Part shown: positions 37,656-47,692 of the stretch, piece after piece | Position numbering within the stretch: the first letter of the stretch is position 1 | Layout of the letters: every line of letters begins with the position of its first letter | DNA from: Dehalococcoidia bacterium | Lineage (GTDB): Bacteria; Chloroflexota; Dehalococcoidia; Plut-88900 | DNA length: 64,000 bases | Assembly: GCA_965207225.1 (NCBI GenBank) | Contig: CBDBLV010000002.1 | Span: 192,001-256,000, forward strand | Reading direction: 5' to 3' | Position numbers and translations under genes: made by a program | Notes under the pieces: model-generated | Databases searched by the model: none | What the model was told of the DNA's origin: nothing | The model's input: only the letters and a program-made list of their open reading frames with translations

Positions 37656-37772
37656 GGATCGCCTCCCAGTTGCGCTTTTGCCTCTTTGTCTCTTTGAGCG
37701 GTATGTTATGGGCCTCGTCAGCGAGCGTCAATCGGGAACGGTTATTATTGGAGGCGTGGATGGTGTATACCC

Positions 37773-38261
37773 GTGACAACCTCTCCCGACCTGCCCCGCT
37801 GGCCGCCCCGACGCCAAAGGCGCCGTACAGACATGCTTTGGCTCAAAAAGCTGGAAGCCGACTGCATTACACCCTACCGACACATCTTCCCCGACTCACC
37901 GCCCACCCCCCTCACCGACGCCGTAGCCCAGTTCAACTCAGGCCTCTACTGGGATTGCCACGAGACCCTGGAAAACCTCTGGCGCGCCACGCCTTATCCC
38001 CTACGCCACTTCTACCAGGCCGTCATTAAGATTGCCGTTGGCTTTCACCACGCCGATAGACACAACGCCAAAGGCGCCCGTAACAAACTCTCCGAGGGCC
38101 TGCGCCTCCTTAAACCCTTCACCCCTACATTCTTCGGCCTGGACACCGACTCCCTCGCGCTGGAAGTCCAGGACTGGCTCAACGCACTCGGACAAAATAG
38201 CCGCGTCGATTGGGTTTATATTGACAAGAAGATTAAGCCTGCCTTTCACTCCACCTCCTGA
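37773..38261 (+). CDS. DUF309 domain protein
   Basis: FNSGLYWDCHETLENLW...YQAVIKIAVG.HH. Confidence 0.85.
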   Translation: MTTSPDLPRWPPRRQRRRTDMLWLKKLEADCITPYRHIFPDSPPTPLTDAVAQFNSGLYWDCHETLENLWRATPYPLRHFYQAVIKIAVGFHHADRHNAKGARNKLSEGLRLLKPFTPTFFGLDTDSLALEVQDWLNALGQNSRVDWVYIDKKIKPAFHSTS

Positions 38262-38273
38262 CAGCGGGATATG

Positions 38274-38305
38274 AAAAGGGCCCGACGCCACGCGTCGGGC
38301 CCTTT
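38274..38305. terminator. Bidirectional intrinsic terminator
   Basis: AAAAGGGCCCGACGC-cac-GCGTCGGGCCCTTT between convergent genes. Confidence 0.8.
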
Positions 38306-38323
38306 GTCAAGTCTTGGCTTGGG

Positions 38324-39133
38324 CTACAGCACCTGCCACAGCCTCCGCCCTTCCTTCCTTAGCAACCGCCCGAAGCTCGGCATCGTGTAGTGCCCCATCC
38401 CAATCACCGATCCGTCCTTCTCCACCCGCTCCAGCACCCTTTCTCTGGTCTCTTTCGCTAACGCATGGTCGTTATCGTAGATAATTTCCCAGTGCGTCTC
38501 GTTCGCCTGGGAGGCCACGTTGATGACGTCCCCCAGGATGTAGCCCCGCTGTCCGTCGGACAGGATGCTCAGGCTCATGTGGCCCGGTGTGTGCCCGGGC
38601 GTCGACACCATCTTCACCTCGCTGGTCAGCGTGGTATCCCCTTCCACCAGCTCCAGCGCCCCCAGCGATTCCAGCGGGTTAACCTGAGATTTCATGTAGG
38701 AGTTGGTCTCCAGGTCCTCGTTGAAGAACTCGTAGTCGACCCTCGGGATAAAGTATTTGGCATTCGGGAAGGTGAGCCGCGATGAGCCGTTCTCCTCCGT
38801 TATGTTCCAGCCCACGTGGTCGATGTGTAGGTGTGTGAATGCAACTATATCGATTTCATCGACCGGCACACCCTTTTCACTCAGCTCATCCATGAGTTTG
38901 CCGGGGTACTCCTTCCCCCACCCCGTGTCCACCAGGATAGTCTTGCCCTGGGACCGGATGACGAAGCTCCCGAAGTTGATGTCCAGTTTTCCATCTTCTC
39001 CGACGAGTCCCGGGTAGGCGTCCCATTCCGGTCCCGCAACGTCGGGGAAAAGGACGCTGGCCGGGGCCCGGTCCGCACCATCCGTTACTGAAAGTACTTC
39101 CGCATTGCCTACGCTGATCTTGTAGTCCGGCAT
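38324..39133 (-). CDS. MBL-fold metallo-hydrolase
   Basis: THLHIDHVGW, PGHTPGH, GD, C-terminal H. Confidence 0.9.
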   Translation of the reverse strand: MPDYKISVGNAEVLSVTDGADRAPASVLFPDVAGPEWDAYPGLVGEDGKLDINFGSFVIRSQGKTILVDTGWGKEYPGKLMDELSEKGVPVDEIDIVAFTHLHIDHVGWNITEENGSSRLTFPNAKYFIPRVDYEFFNEDLETNSYMKSQVNPLESLGALELVEGDTTLTSEVKMVSTPGHTPGHMSLSILSDGQRGYILGDVINVASQANETHWEIIYDNDHALAKETRERVLERVEKDGSVIGMGHYTMPSFGRLLRKEGRRLWQVL

Positions 39134-39236
39134 TTGTGCCTCCTGGGGGAAGTATGGGTTGATGATACCACTTTGCAGTGAGCAGGCGTGGGTATAATGT
39201 CCCCCGTTACCCGAGATTCCACCCAGGGAGCACCCC

Positions 39237-41300
39237 TTGCGTTATCGCCTCGGAATTGACGTCGGCGGCACCTTCACCGACTACGCCCTTCACGACCTTC
39301 AAACCGGCCGCTTGACCGTCGGTAAGAACCCTACTCGTCCCTCAGACATCTCCGGTGGCGTTTTCGAAGGGTTAGAGTCAGTGCTGCAAGACCGCCGGCT
39401 CTCCGAAATGCGGCAGGTAATCCATGCCACAACCGTCGCCTCCAACCTCATGGTGGAACGCAAAGGTGCGGTCACGGGCCTACTCACTACCCGAGGCTTT
39501 CGAGATGTCCTTCTCATCCAGCGCCAACTGCGGGTTAACATCTACGACCTGTTCCTGGACAAGATACAGCCCCTCCTGCTGCGCCGCTTCATCCGCGAAG
39601 TCGACGAGCGCATGACCCACTCCGGCGAAGTCTACAAGGCCCTCGATGAAGACAGCGTCGTCGAGGCCGTGAATATCCTTTTAGATTTGGGCGTCGAGAC
39701 CTTCGCCGTCTCCCTCCTCCACTCTTACGCCAACCCTAGCCATGAGCAACGCATCCGTGACATCGTCCTCGACATGGTTCCCACTGCCCTCGTGACCCTT
39801 TCCAGCGATATCTCCCCCCAGTGGCGAGAATACGAACGCACCAGTACGGCGGTCGCAAATGCTTACCTGATGCCCGCCGTGAGGGGCTACCTGGACAGAT
39901 TTCAGCATTCTCTCAACAGTGACGGATACGAAAAGCCCTTGCAGGTGATGCAGGCCAATGGTGGCACGGCGACAGTTGATGTGATAAACCGGGCCCCCGT
40001 ACGCCTTATCGAATCGGGGCCCGCGGCGGGGGCTTTGATGGCCGCAAGCATGGCCCGAGCCCTCTGCCTGGACCGCGTCATCTCCTTCGATATGGGTGGC
40101 ACTACCGCCAAAGTCTGCCTTATCGAAGAAGGCTCTCCTTCTACCACCTCGCAGATCGAAATCGACAGGATGAAAATGCAGTCCGGCAGTGGCCTGCCCA
40201 TCAGTGTCCCGGGTATTGACCTCGTGGAGATTGGCGCCGGGGGCGGCAGTATCGCCCGGGTCGAATTGGGCGCCATTGCCGTCGGCCCCGACAGTGCAGG
40301 CGCCAGCCCCGGGCCCATCTGCTATGGCGCAGGCGGCGAAGACCCCACCGTCACCGATGCCGACCTCGTCCTCGGCTACCTCAACCCCGACTTCTTCCTC
40401 GGTGGACGCATGACCCTGGACAAGCAGTCTTCCGAAGGGGGCATCTCCGAAAAGCTGGCCGGTCCTCTCGGCTTGACTCTTGAGGAAGCTTCATGGGGCA
40501 TTCACACTGTCGTCAATGCCAACATGCGGCGGGCCCTCAGGCTGGCAACCGTCGAGCGCGGCAAGGACCCCCGACGCTACACACTTGTCGGATTCGGGGG
40601 TGCGGGGCCCGTCCATGCCTGCCGACTCGCCCGGGAGCTTGGCATTGCCCGCGTCCTGCTGCCTTCAGGCGCGGGCGTCGGATCCGCCGCCGGCCTCCTC
40701 GCCGCCGACACGGTATTCGATCTCGCCCGCACCTACGACACCTCCCTCGAAGAATCCATGCTTCCTCCCGTTAACGCTTTGTTCGAAGAACTTCGCTCTG
40801 GCTGCCGAAGCCTCATGCGGGAAAACGGAATTACGGAGGATGTTGAATACATCCCCTCAGCCGATATGCACTACGAGGGCCAGGGCTTCGACATCGAAGT
40901 CCCCCTCCCCCAACTCCCGCTCAGCGAATTCGTCATACCTGAACTAAAAGACGCCTTTCACCGAAAGTACGCCGATACCTTCGGTTACGCCCAGCCCGAC
41001 CAACCCATAAGGGCCACCGGGTGGAAACTGAGGGCCTCCCACTCCCGGGGCGAATTTCAGTGGCCCGCGATAGAGCCTCACAACTCCACGCCCACACCCT
41101 CCTCCCATCGCCCGGCCTACTTCCCGGAGACCGGCGGCTTCACCGACACCCCTGTCTATTCGAGGCCCACCCTCGGAGTGGGCGCCTCTATCAAGGGTCC
41201 TGCAATAGTCGAAGAAGCCGAGTCAACCGTTGTCCTGCTGCCCAAATCTTGCGCCACTGTGGACAAGTACGGCAACATCTTGGTCGAGTTCCAACAGTAG
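39237..41300 (+). CDS. Hydantoinase A/5-oxoprolinase family (ATP-dependent subunit)
   Basis: GIDVGGTFTD, ESGPAAG, FDMGGTT, GAGGGS. Confidence 0.92.
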   Translation: MRYRLGIDVGGTFTDYALHDLQTGRLTVGKNPTRPSDISGGVFEGLESVLQDRRLSEMRQVIHATTVASNLMVERKGAVTGLLTTRGFRDVLLIQRQLRVNIYDLFLDKIQPLLLRRFIREVDERMTHSGEVYKALDEDSVVEAVNILLDLGVETFAVSLLHSYANPSHEQRIRDIVLDMVPTALVTLSSDISPQWREYERTSTAVANAYLMPAVRGYLDRFQHSLNSDGYEKPLQVMQANGGTATVDVINRAPVRLIESGPAAGALMAASMARALCLDRVISFDMGGTTAKVCLIEEGSPSTTSQIEIDRMKMQSGSGLPISVPGIDLVEIGAGGGSIARVELGAIAVGPDSAGASPGPICYGAGGEDPTVTDADLVLGYLNPDFFLGGRMTLDKQSSEGGISEKLAGPLGLTLEEASWGIHTVVNANMRRALRLATVERGKDPRRYTLVGFGGAGPVHACRLARELGIARVLLPSGAGVGSAAGLLAADTVFDLARTYDTSLEESMLPPVNALFEELRSGCRSLMRENGITEDVEYIPSADMHYEGQGFDIEVPLPQLPLSEFVIPELKDAFHRKYADTFGYAQPDQPIRATGWKLRASHSRGEFQWPAIEPHNSTPTPSSHRPAYFPETGGFTDTPVYSRPTLGVGASIKGPAIVEEAESTVVLLPKSCATVDKYGNILVEFQQ

Positions 41301-41310
41301 AAAAGACGCC

Positions 41311-43044
41311 ATGAGAGATATCGATCCCGTAACTTTCAGCGTGGTCTGGAACGGCCTCATTTCCATCGCCGAGGAGATGGGCACGGCCCTGCGCCGCTCT
41401 GCCTATTCTCTTGGCGTCCGCGAGGGGCGGGACTTTTCCACCGCACTCTTCGATGCCCGGGGCAGGCTCGTGGCCCAGGGGAACTTCAGCCCCGGTCACC
41501 TTGGCTCCATGCCCTTCGTAGTCAAGAACATCCTGCGTGAGTACCCGTTAGATGAGCTTGAGGAGGGCGATTCCATCCTCCTGAATGATCCTTATCTCGG
41601 CTCGGGCCACCTCCCCGACTTCTTCCAGGTAAGCCCTATCTTCTTCAAAGGCAGCCTGCTCGGTTTTTCCGCCAACTGTGCTCACATGGTCGACGTCGGA
41701 GGCGCGGGCCCCGGGTCCCAGGCCGTCGACAGCCTGGACCTCTTCCAGGAAGGCCTGAGATTCCTGCCGACCCGCATCTACCACGCTGGTCGACCCAACC
41801 GTGAAGTGCTCCGCATGCTCGAATCCAACGTCCGCGTCCCGGACAAGGTGATGGGCGATGTCCGGGCCCAGAGAAACGCTAACCGCATCGGCGAGATGGG
41901 TGTCATTAGCCTCGCCGACACCTACGGCCCCGACACCCTTGCCGTCTGCATGGACCTAATCCTCGACCGCTCGGAGGAGTCCATGCGCAGCGCCGTCAGC
42001 GAGCTACCCGAAGGCGTATACGAAGCCGAGGACTATTTCGACGACTACGGCCCCCACACTGAGTCCCTAAAGGTTAGAGTTGCCGTGACTATCAAGGACG
42101 GCGGTTTCATCATCGACTTCTCCGGCAGCAGCCCCCAGACCCGCTCCGGCCTCAACTCCACCTTCAACTACACCCGTGCCTACTCTTATTTCACGCTGAA
42201 AGCGTTGACCGTCCAAGACCGGGTTCCGCAAAACGAAGGCTGTATCCGCCCCATCGAAGTCATCGCCCCCGAGGGCAGCCTCTTCAACCCCCGACCTCCC
42301 GCCGCCGTCGGACCCCGGGCCATTATGCAGCAGCGGATGGTGGACACCATTCTCCTTGCCATGTCCGCGGCTGCCCCCGACCGAGTCATCGCCAACAGTT
42401 CTCACTGGGCCAACCCCAACTACGGCGGAATCGATCCCAGGACTGGCAAGCCCTTTGTCTACTACGAGATGCTTATTGGGGGTGTCGGTGCCCGACCTAC
42501 CAAGGACGGCGCCGACGGCCTGTGCTCGGCGTTCAACCTCGAAAATATCCCCGTCGAGGTGGTCGAGGCTACGTACCCTGTCCTCGTAGACCGCCTCCAG
42601 TTTGTCACCGACAGTGCGGGCCCGGGCCAATTCCGTGGCGGCGCCGCCATGCGCAAGGACATCCGCCTCCTCTCCGACGAGGTCGTATTTTCCAACCTGA
42701 CCGACAGACAGATAACACAACCCCAGGGCCTGCTCGGCGGCCAGGGAGGCCCTGTTGGGAGCACGAGCCGTAACCCCGACTCCGTGGGCACGGAGCCCCT
42801 CCATTCCAAGGGATCCTACCGGCTTAGCAAGAGCGATGTGGTCAGCACAACCCTCTCGGGCTCCGGCGGCTACGGTTCCCCGGAGACCCGGGACCCGCAA
42901 GCCGTTCTTCGTGACGTCCTGGACGACTACGTCTCCATAGACGCCGCGAGGAACGTGTACAGAGTCGCCATCAACCCCGACACCATGTCCATAGACTCAT
43001 CGGAGACCAGCCTCCTCAGGAAGAACAAGGAACAGCATGACTAG
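41311..43044 (+). CDS. Hydantoinase B/5-oxoprolinase family
   Basis: EEMG..L.R.A.S, NDPY.G.GHLPD, H.VDVGG, GGYG.P..RDP. Confidence 0.92.
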   Translation: MRDIDPVTFSVVWNGLISIAEEMGTALRRSAYSLGVREGRDFSTALFDARGRLVAQGNFSPGHLGSMPFVVKNILREYPLDELEEGDSILLNDPYLGSGHLPDFFQVSPIFFKGSLLGFSANCAHMVDVGGAGPGSQAVDSLDLFQEGLRFLPTRIYHAGRPNREVLRMLESNVRVPDKVMGDVRAQRNANRIGEMGVISLADTYGPDTLAVCMDLILDRSEESMRSAVSELPEGVYEAEDYFDDYGPHTESLKVRVAVTIKDGGFIIDFSGSSPQTRSGLNSTFNYTRAYSYFTLKALTVQDRVPQNEGCIRPIEVIAPEGSLFNPRPPAAVGPRAIMQQRMVDTILLAMSAAAPDRVIANSSHWANPNYGGIDPRTGKPFVYYEMLIGGVGARPTKDGADGLCSAFNLENIPVEVVEATYPVLVDRLQFVTDSAGPGQFRGGAAMRKDIRLLSDEVVFSNLTDRQITQPQGLLGGQGGPVGSTSRNPDSVGTEPLHSKGSYRLSKSDVVSTTLSGSGGYGSPETRDPQAVLRDVLDDYVSIDAARNVYRVAINPDTMSIDSSETSLLRKNKEQHD

Positions 43045-43966
43045 CAACCGAGAAACCAGGTTCGGGGTAGCCATCCCTCAAAAGTTTCCCGATGGAGTCG
43101 TAGACACCCAATACATCGCCGACCTCCTCACCACCGTGGAGTCCCTCGGCTACGACAGCGCATGGGTTGGCGAGGGTGTGTTCGGCAAGGTGCCCAACCT
43201 GGAACCAATACCCTTGCTCTCCTATGCCGCCGCCCTTACCTCCAGGATCAAGCTGGGAGTCTCCGCCCTCACCTTCCCCTTCTGGAACCCCATATTTCTC
43301 GCCAAGGCCGTGGCCAGCCTGGACCAGCTTTCCAGTGGCAGGTTCATTCTAGGGCTGACCGTCGGGGTGCATCGAGACCAGTATCCCGCCTTCGGACTCA
43401 GGCCCGAGCACCGTCTCGCCCGCTTCGTCGAAGGCCTGGCGCTTATGAAACAGCTCTGGACATCCGACAGTGTGACCTTCAAGGGAAAGTTCTGGGAGAT
43501 GGAGAATGTGTCCATCAGCCCCAGGCCCGCGCAGAAGCCCCACCCTCCGGTCTGGTTCGGGTCCCGGGCTTTGCCTGCCCTCCGCCGCTCCGTCGAATCG
43601 GGCGACGGTTGGATGGGCTCCGGCGCAACCTCCACCGCCGAGTTCCGGGAGCACATGGGCATCCTCCGCGGCTTCATGGCAGAGGAGGGCAAAACTCAGG
43701 ATGAGTTCCCGTTATCCAAACGCGTGTACGTGGCCCTTGACCCGGACAAAGCCAGGGCCCTCGCTCGACTGGAAGACATGCTCGGCTTCATCTACGGGGA
43801 CCCGAGCCTCGCTCCCAAAGTTTCCGTTTATGGTGACCGCGAGGATGTCGCCGATGGATTACGAGAGGTGATGGAAGAGGGCGTAGACCTTATCCTCCTG
43901 GCCCCTGCCACCGACCCCAAGGGCCAGGCGGAGCTATTCGCCGACCAGGTGTTGCCCAGGCTCTAG
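43037..43966 (+). CDS. LLM-class flavin/F420-dependent oxidoreductase
   Basis: GYDSAWVGE, ASLDQLSSGR, PRPAQKPHPPVW. Confidence 0.9.
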   Translation: MTSNRETRFGVAIPQKFPDGVVDTQYIADLLTTVESLGYDSAWVGEGVFGKVPNLEPIPLLSYAAALTSRIKLGVSALTFPFWNPIFLAKAVASLDQLSSGRFILGLTVGVHRDQYPAFGLRPEHRLARFVEGLALMKQLWTSDSVTFKGKFWEMENVSISPRPAQKPHPPVWFGSRALPALRRSVESGDGWMGSGATSTAEFREHMGILRGFMAEEGKTQDEFPLSKRVYVALDPDKARALARLEDMLGFIYGDPSLAPKVSVYGDREDVADGLREVMEEGVDLILLAPATDPKGQAELFADQVLPRL

Positions 43967-44628
43967 CCTGAGTTTTCAAGCAGCGCCACTTCCGTCTGCT
44001 CTGGCATGCTGGATGCCGTCAAATGCAGACGGCGCTGGCCCTCGGGAGCAGGCACTCCCATCTCCTTCAGGAACCTTGTCAGCGCCTCGGATTCCGGTTC
44101 CTCGGGTCCCGGGTAGTCCATGGGCACAACCACCTTGGGCTCCACCAGCCGGGCCGTTTCTACGGACGCCTTCACACTCTCCACCGATCCTATGGGCACC
44201 ACCATCACCCCAACGTCGCCCAGCCGCTCCACCTGCCCCGACTCCAACGGCTTCTGCAAATCTCCCAGGTGGCACACCACTATCCCGTCCATCTCGATGG
44301 CGTATACCGTGTTCCGGCCTATCGAGACCGCCCCGTTCTCAGCCTCGCTGGTATGGTAGGCAGTACCCACCCCCGTGATCAGGACCTCCGCTATCTCGTA
44401 CTCACCCGGCCCTCGGATCGCCCTCCACCCTTGCTCCTCCTGTACACCCCCTTGCTCCTCCGCCCCGAAAAGGGACAACGGCCCCGTGGGAGGCCCGCTC
44501 CAGGTCACTGCCTTCACGTAAGGTGCGCGCGTCACCTTGCCGTGTACTTGTTCATAAGGATCGGTGATCACCCCCAGCTCCCGGGACCTTATCGAAAAAC
44601 ACCTTCTGCCAAACCAGGTTATGTCCAA
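43963..44628 (-). CDS. MBL-fold protein (Lactamase_B_3-like), metal motif degenerate
   Basis: MDITWFG..CF, TDPY, GPGEYEI, CHLGDL, PKVVVPM. Confidence 0.75.
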   Translation of the reverse strand: MDITWFGRRCFSIRSRELGVITDPYEQVHGKVTRAPYVKAVTWSGPPTGPLSLFGAEEQGGVQEEQGWRAIRGPGEYEIAEVLITGVGTAYHTSEAENGAVSIGRNTVYAIEMDGIVVCHLGDLQKPLESGQVERLGDVGVMVVPIGSVESVKASVETARLVEPKVVVPMDYPGPEEPESEALTRFLKEMGVPAPEGQRRLHLTASSMPEQTEVALLENSG

Positions 44629-44694
44629 CTCTTTGCTCTCTTTCTAGCTGAAGTATAGGAAAGGGTATAGGCACGTGCAATACTGCATCCCAAC

Positions 44695-44758
44695 TTGACA
44701 CCGACAACCCGTGTTGATAAATTCGATGTATCTGGCACTCTCGATTTCGGGGTGCCAA
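44695..44758 (+). promoter_or_regulatory. hrcA promoter and CIRCE operator
   Basis: TTGACA(44695)-17-TAAATT; CTGGCACTC-N9-GGGTGCCAA (44732-44758), close to the CIRCE consensus TTAGCACTC-N9-GAGTGCTAA. Confidence 0.85.
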
Positions 44759-44804
44759 ACCTTTATGTAGGCGGTCGGCGCCACTCCTCTTCAAGGAGGC
44801 CTTT

Positions 44805-45824
44805 TTGTTAACTGCAAGAAGAGAATCCGTGCTAAACGCCATTGTCGAAGGGCATATCGATACGGTTACGCCCGTCGGCTCGCAGCTTATTGCAAAGAGG
44901 TGGGGAATGCGGCTGAGCCCCGCCACCGTTCGGTCGGAGATGGCCGCCCTGGAGCAGGACGGCTACATCACCAGGCCCCACACCTCTGCCGGAGGCCTCC
45001 CCACCGACCTCGGCTACAGGGCCTACGTGCGCCAGTTCCTTGCCAACCCGACCCTCGACACTGGCCAGCGGGGAGTCGTCCGTCGGCGTCTTCTTGATGT
45101 CGCCATGGACCAGGAGGGTTGGGCCCGCTCCGCCGCCGAAGCCCTCTCCCGCCTCACCGGCAGCCTTGCTGTAACCACCGCCCCCAAGGCGTCTCAAGTG
45201 CGCCTCAAGCGCATAGAGCTGGTCCCTGTCCAGGACCTGATGGTTATGACCCTCGTAGTTCTCTGGGGAACCAAGGTCCTGCGGCAGATGCTTTCGTTGG
45301 ATGAGTCCGTATCCGAGAATGAGCTGATCCGCTCCAGCAATAAGCTCAACCACCTTTTCGAGGGCGTGGTCCCGTCTGAGTTGGCCGACTCCGCCGCAGA
45401 GCTTACCCCTCTTGAAGAAGATGTGGTCCAGCTGGTCAAGGAACTCATGGAGGAAGAGGCGCAGCAGGACCTTGAGGACCCCCTTTTCGAAGGCTTGCAG
45501 CAGGTCTTTGAACAGCCCGAACTAGCCGAAGCCGAGATCCTCAGAGACATGATGGAGATCCTCGAAGAAAAAGGCAGGCTGAAGAAAATCATGCAGCAGG
45601 TCCACTCTGGGCCCGGGCTCCGGGTCGCCATCGGTGGCGAAGTCCGCGTCGCCAGGATGCGCCACTTCAGCATCATCGTCTCCGAATATGGCGTCTCCGA
45701 CCGCGTCAAAGGCGTGGTCGGCGTGTTCGGCCCCAAGCGCATGGCCTACAGGCGAAACATCCCCGCCGTCAACTATCTTGCTCACCTAATGAGCGACGCC
45801 GTGCAGCAAGGCTTCCCCGACTAG
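44805..45824 (+). CDS. hrcA: Heat-inducible transcription repressor HrcA
   Basis: PVGS, SPATVRSEMA.LE..GYI..PHTSAG, GPKRM.Y. Confidence 0.95.
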   Translation: MLTARRESVLNAIVEGHIDTVTPVGSQLIAKRWGMRLSPATVRSEMAALEQDGYITRPHTSAGGLPTDLGYRAYVRQFLANPTLDTGQRGVVRRRLLDVAMDQEGWARSAAEALSRLTGSLAVTTAPKASQVRLKRIELVPVQDLMVMTLVVLWGTKVLRQMLSLDESVSENELIRSSNKLNHLFEGVVPSELADSAAELTPLEEDVVQLVKELMEEEAQQDLEDPLFEGLQQVFEQPELAEAEILRDMMEILEEKGRLKKIMQQVHSGPGLRVAIGGEVRVARMRHFSIIVSEYGVSDRVKGVVGVFGPKRMAYRRNIPAVNYLAHLMSDAVQQGFPD

Positions 45825-45836
45825 TAAGGCTGAGAA

Positions 45837-46424
45837 ATGAGTGATTCCAACACCAGTCCCGAGGATTCTGAAAAGCCCCAGCCGGAGGGAGATCAGCAGG
45901 GGGACACGGAGGGCCGGGATTTACCGGAGGACCTGGCCTCGGCCCTCGAACAGGAAAAAGAGCGCGCCGACAAAAACCTCGCCAACTGGCAAAGGGCCCA
46001 GGCGGACCTGGCAAACTACAAGAAGCGCGTGGAGGTGGAAAAGCAGGAATTGGCCAAATTCGCCAATGCTGCCCTTGTTGGGTCGCTCGTCTCCCTCGTC
46101 GACGATTTTGAACGGGCCCGGGCCACCATCCCCGACAGCATCCTCGGCATGACCTGGGTGGAAGGCCTGTTCCTCATCGAGCGTAAACTCCTCTCTACCC
46201 TGGAGGTCTCGGGCCTCTCGGTAATCAAGGCCCTGGACGAGGACTTCGACCCTAACCTCCACGAAGCCGTGATGCACGGCGAAGGTCCCGAGGGAAAGGT
46301 TGTCGAGGAGTTCCAGAAGGGATACAAGCTCCACGAACGAGTTATCCGCCCGGCCATGGTCAAGGTCGGGCAGGGCACTACCACCGAAAACCCCGACATA
46401 TCAAATGAACAAGGAGATTCCTGA
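45837..46424 (+). CDS. grpE: Nucleotide exchange factor GrpE
   Basis: QRAQADLANYKKR, FDPNLHEAV, GY.L..RVIRPAMV. Confidence 0.95.
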   Translation: MSDSNTSPEDSEKPQPEGDQQGDTEGRDLPEDLASALEQEKERADKNLANWQRAQADLANYKKRVEVEKQELAKFANAALVGSLVSLVDDFERARATIPDSILGMTWVEGLFLIERKLLSTLEVSGLSVIKALDEDFDPNLHEAVMHGEGPEGKVVEEFQKGYKLHERVIRPAMVKVGQGTTTENPDISNEQGDS

Positions 46425-46476
46425 CTTAGCACCAAAGCCTCGGACCCCCGACAGGGATTCTAAGTAAACAAGTATC

Positions 46477-47598
46477 ATGACCACCAAGACCGACTATTAC
46501 GAACTGCTGTCGGTGCCGAGGAGCGCCTCCCAGGAAGAGATCAAGAAGGCCTTCCGCCGCCAGGCCCTCAAGTACCACCCCGACAGGAACAAGGATCCTG
46601 GCGCCGAGGCCAAGTTCAAGCAGATCAACGAGGCCTACGAGGTCCTGAGCGACCCGGACAAACGCGCCGCCTACGACAGGTTCGGACACGCCGGGACTTC
46701 CGGCGGCCCCTACGGCCGGGGCTTTGAAGGCATGGGTGGCTTCGGTGGTTTCGGCGACATCTTCGAAGCCTTCTTCGGGTCCAATGCCAGCGCCAAGACC
46801 GGGCCCCAGCGCGGGGCCGATTTACACACTGGTGCTACCATCTCCTTTGAAGATTCGGTCTTTGGCACCGAACGCAACGTTGAAGTCCAGAGGACAGAGG
46901 TATGCAAGGATTGTCGCGGCTCCCGCGCCGAGCCCGGCACCGATGTATCCACCTGCTCCACCTGCAACGGCAACGGCAGCGTGCGTCGGGTGCAGCAGAA
47001 CCTGTTTGGACAGTTCGTCAACGTCACCCCGTGCGCTCAGTGCCGCGGCGAGGGCCGTGTTGTCTCTACTCCATGTAGTCATTGTCGGGGCTCCGGCAGG
47101 ATACGGGCCAACCGCACAATCGCCGTCCAAATACCTGCCGGAGTCGAGGAAGGCACCCAGGTCAGACTCACCGGCGAGGGCGATGCCGGCGGCCGTGGCG
47201 GCTCATCAGGCAACCTCTATGTCACCGTCAAAGTGAAGAGACACGAGTACTTCAGCCGGGACGCCGACGACGTCCTCTTGGACTACTATGTCAACTTCGC
47301 CCAGGCCGCCCTCGGTGACGAGGTGGAGGTGCCGACCATCGACGGCCCCGTTATGCTCAAAGTCCCGTCGGGAATCCAGACAGGGACCGCGCTCAGGCTC
47401 AGGGGCAGGGGCGCCTACAGGCTGCGGGGTGGCGGTCGCGGGGACCAGATTGTCTACGTCAACGTACTAACCCCAGACTCCCTCAACAAGGAAGAACTGG
47501 AGCATTTCCGTCAGCTCGCCCTCACCCTGGATCAGCCGGGCGTATCCGGCCGCAACGGTAAGGGCATATTCGAGAAGATCAAGGAAGTGTTCCGATAG
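46477..47598 (+). CDS. dnaJ: Molecular chaperone DnaJ (paralog 2)
   Basis: HPD J-domain, G/F region, four Zn-finger repeats. Confidence 0.95.
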   Translation: MTTKTDYYELLSVPRSASQEEIKKAFRRQALKYHPDRNKDPGAEAKFKQINEAYEVLSDPDKRAAYDRFGHAGTSGGPYGRGFEGMGGFGGFGDIFEAFFGSNASAKTGPQRGADLHTGATISFEDSVFGTERNVEVQRTEVCKDCRGSRAEPGTDVSTCSTCNGNGSVRRVQQNLFGQFVNVTPCAQCRGEGRVVSTPCSHCRGSGRIRANRTIAVQIPAGVEEGTQVRLTGEGDAGGRGGSSGNLYVTVKVKRHEYFSRDADDVLLDYYVNFAQAALGDEVEVPTIDGPVMLKVPSGIQTGTALRLRGRGAYRLRGGGRGDQIVYVNVLTPDSLNKEELEHFRQLALTLDQPGVSGRNGKGIFEKIKEVFR

Positions 47599-47692
47599 TC
47601 TGGTTATCGAGTTGGACTTTGCCACTTGGGCCCGACCCGGCAGTGCTGGATCGGGTTTTTTCTCAGCCATTGACCCGGACTAGGGCGGTTGG

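Noticed and set aside
46426-46465. Second CIRCE before dnaJ (TTAGCACC)
   Set aside because: No matching right half at 9-nt spacing
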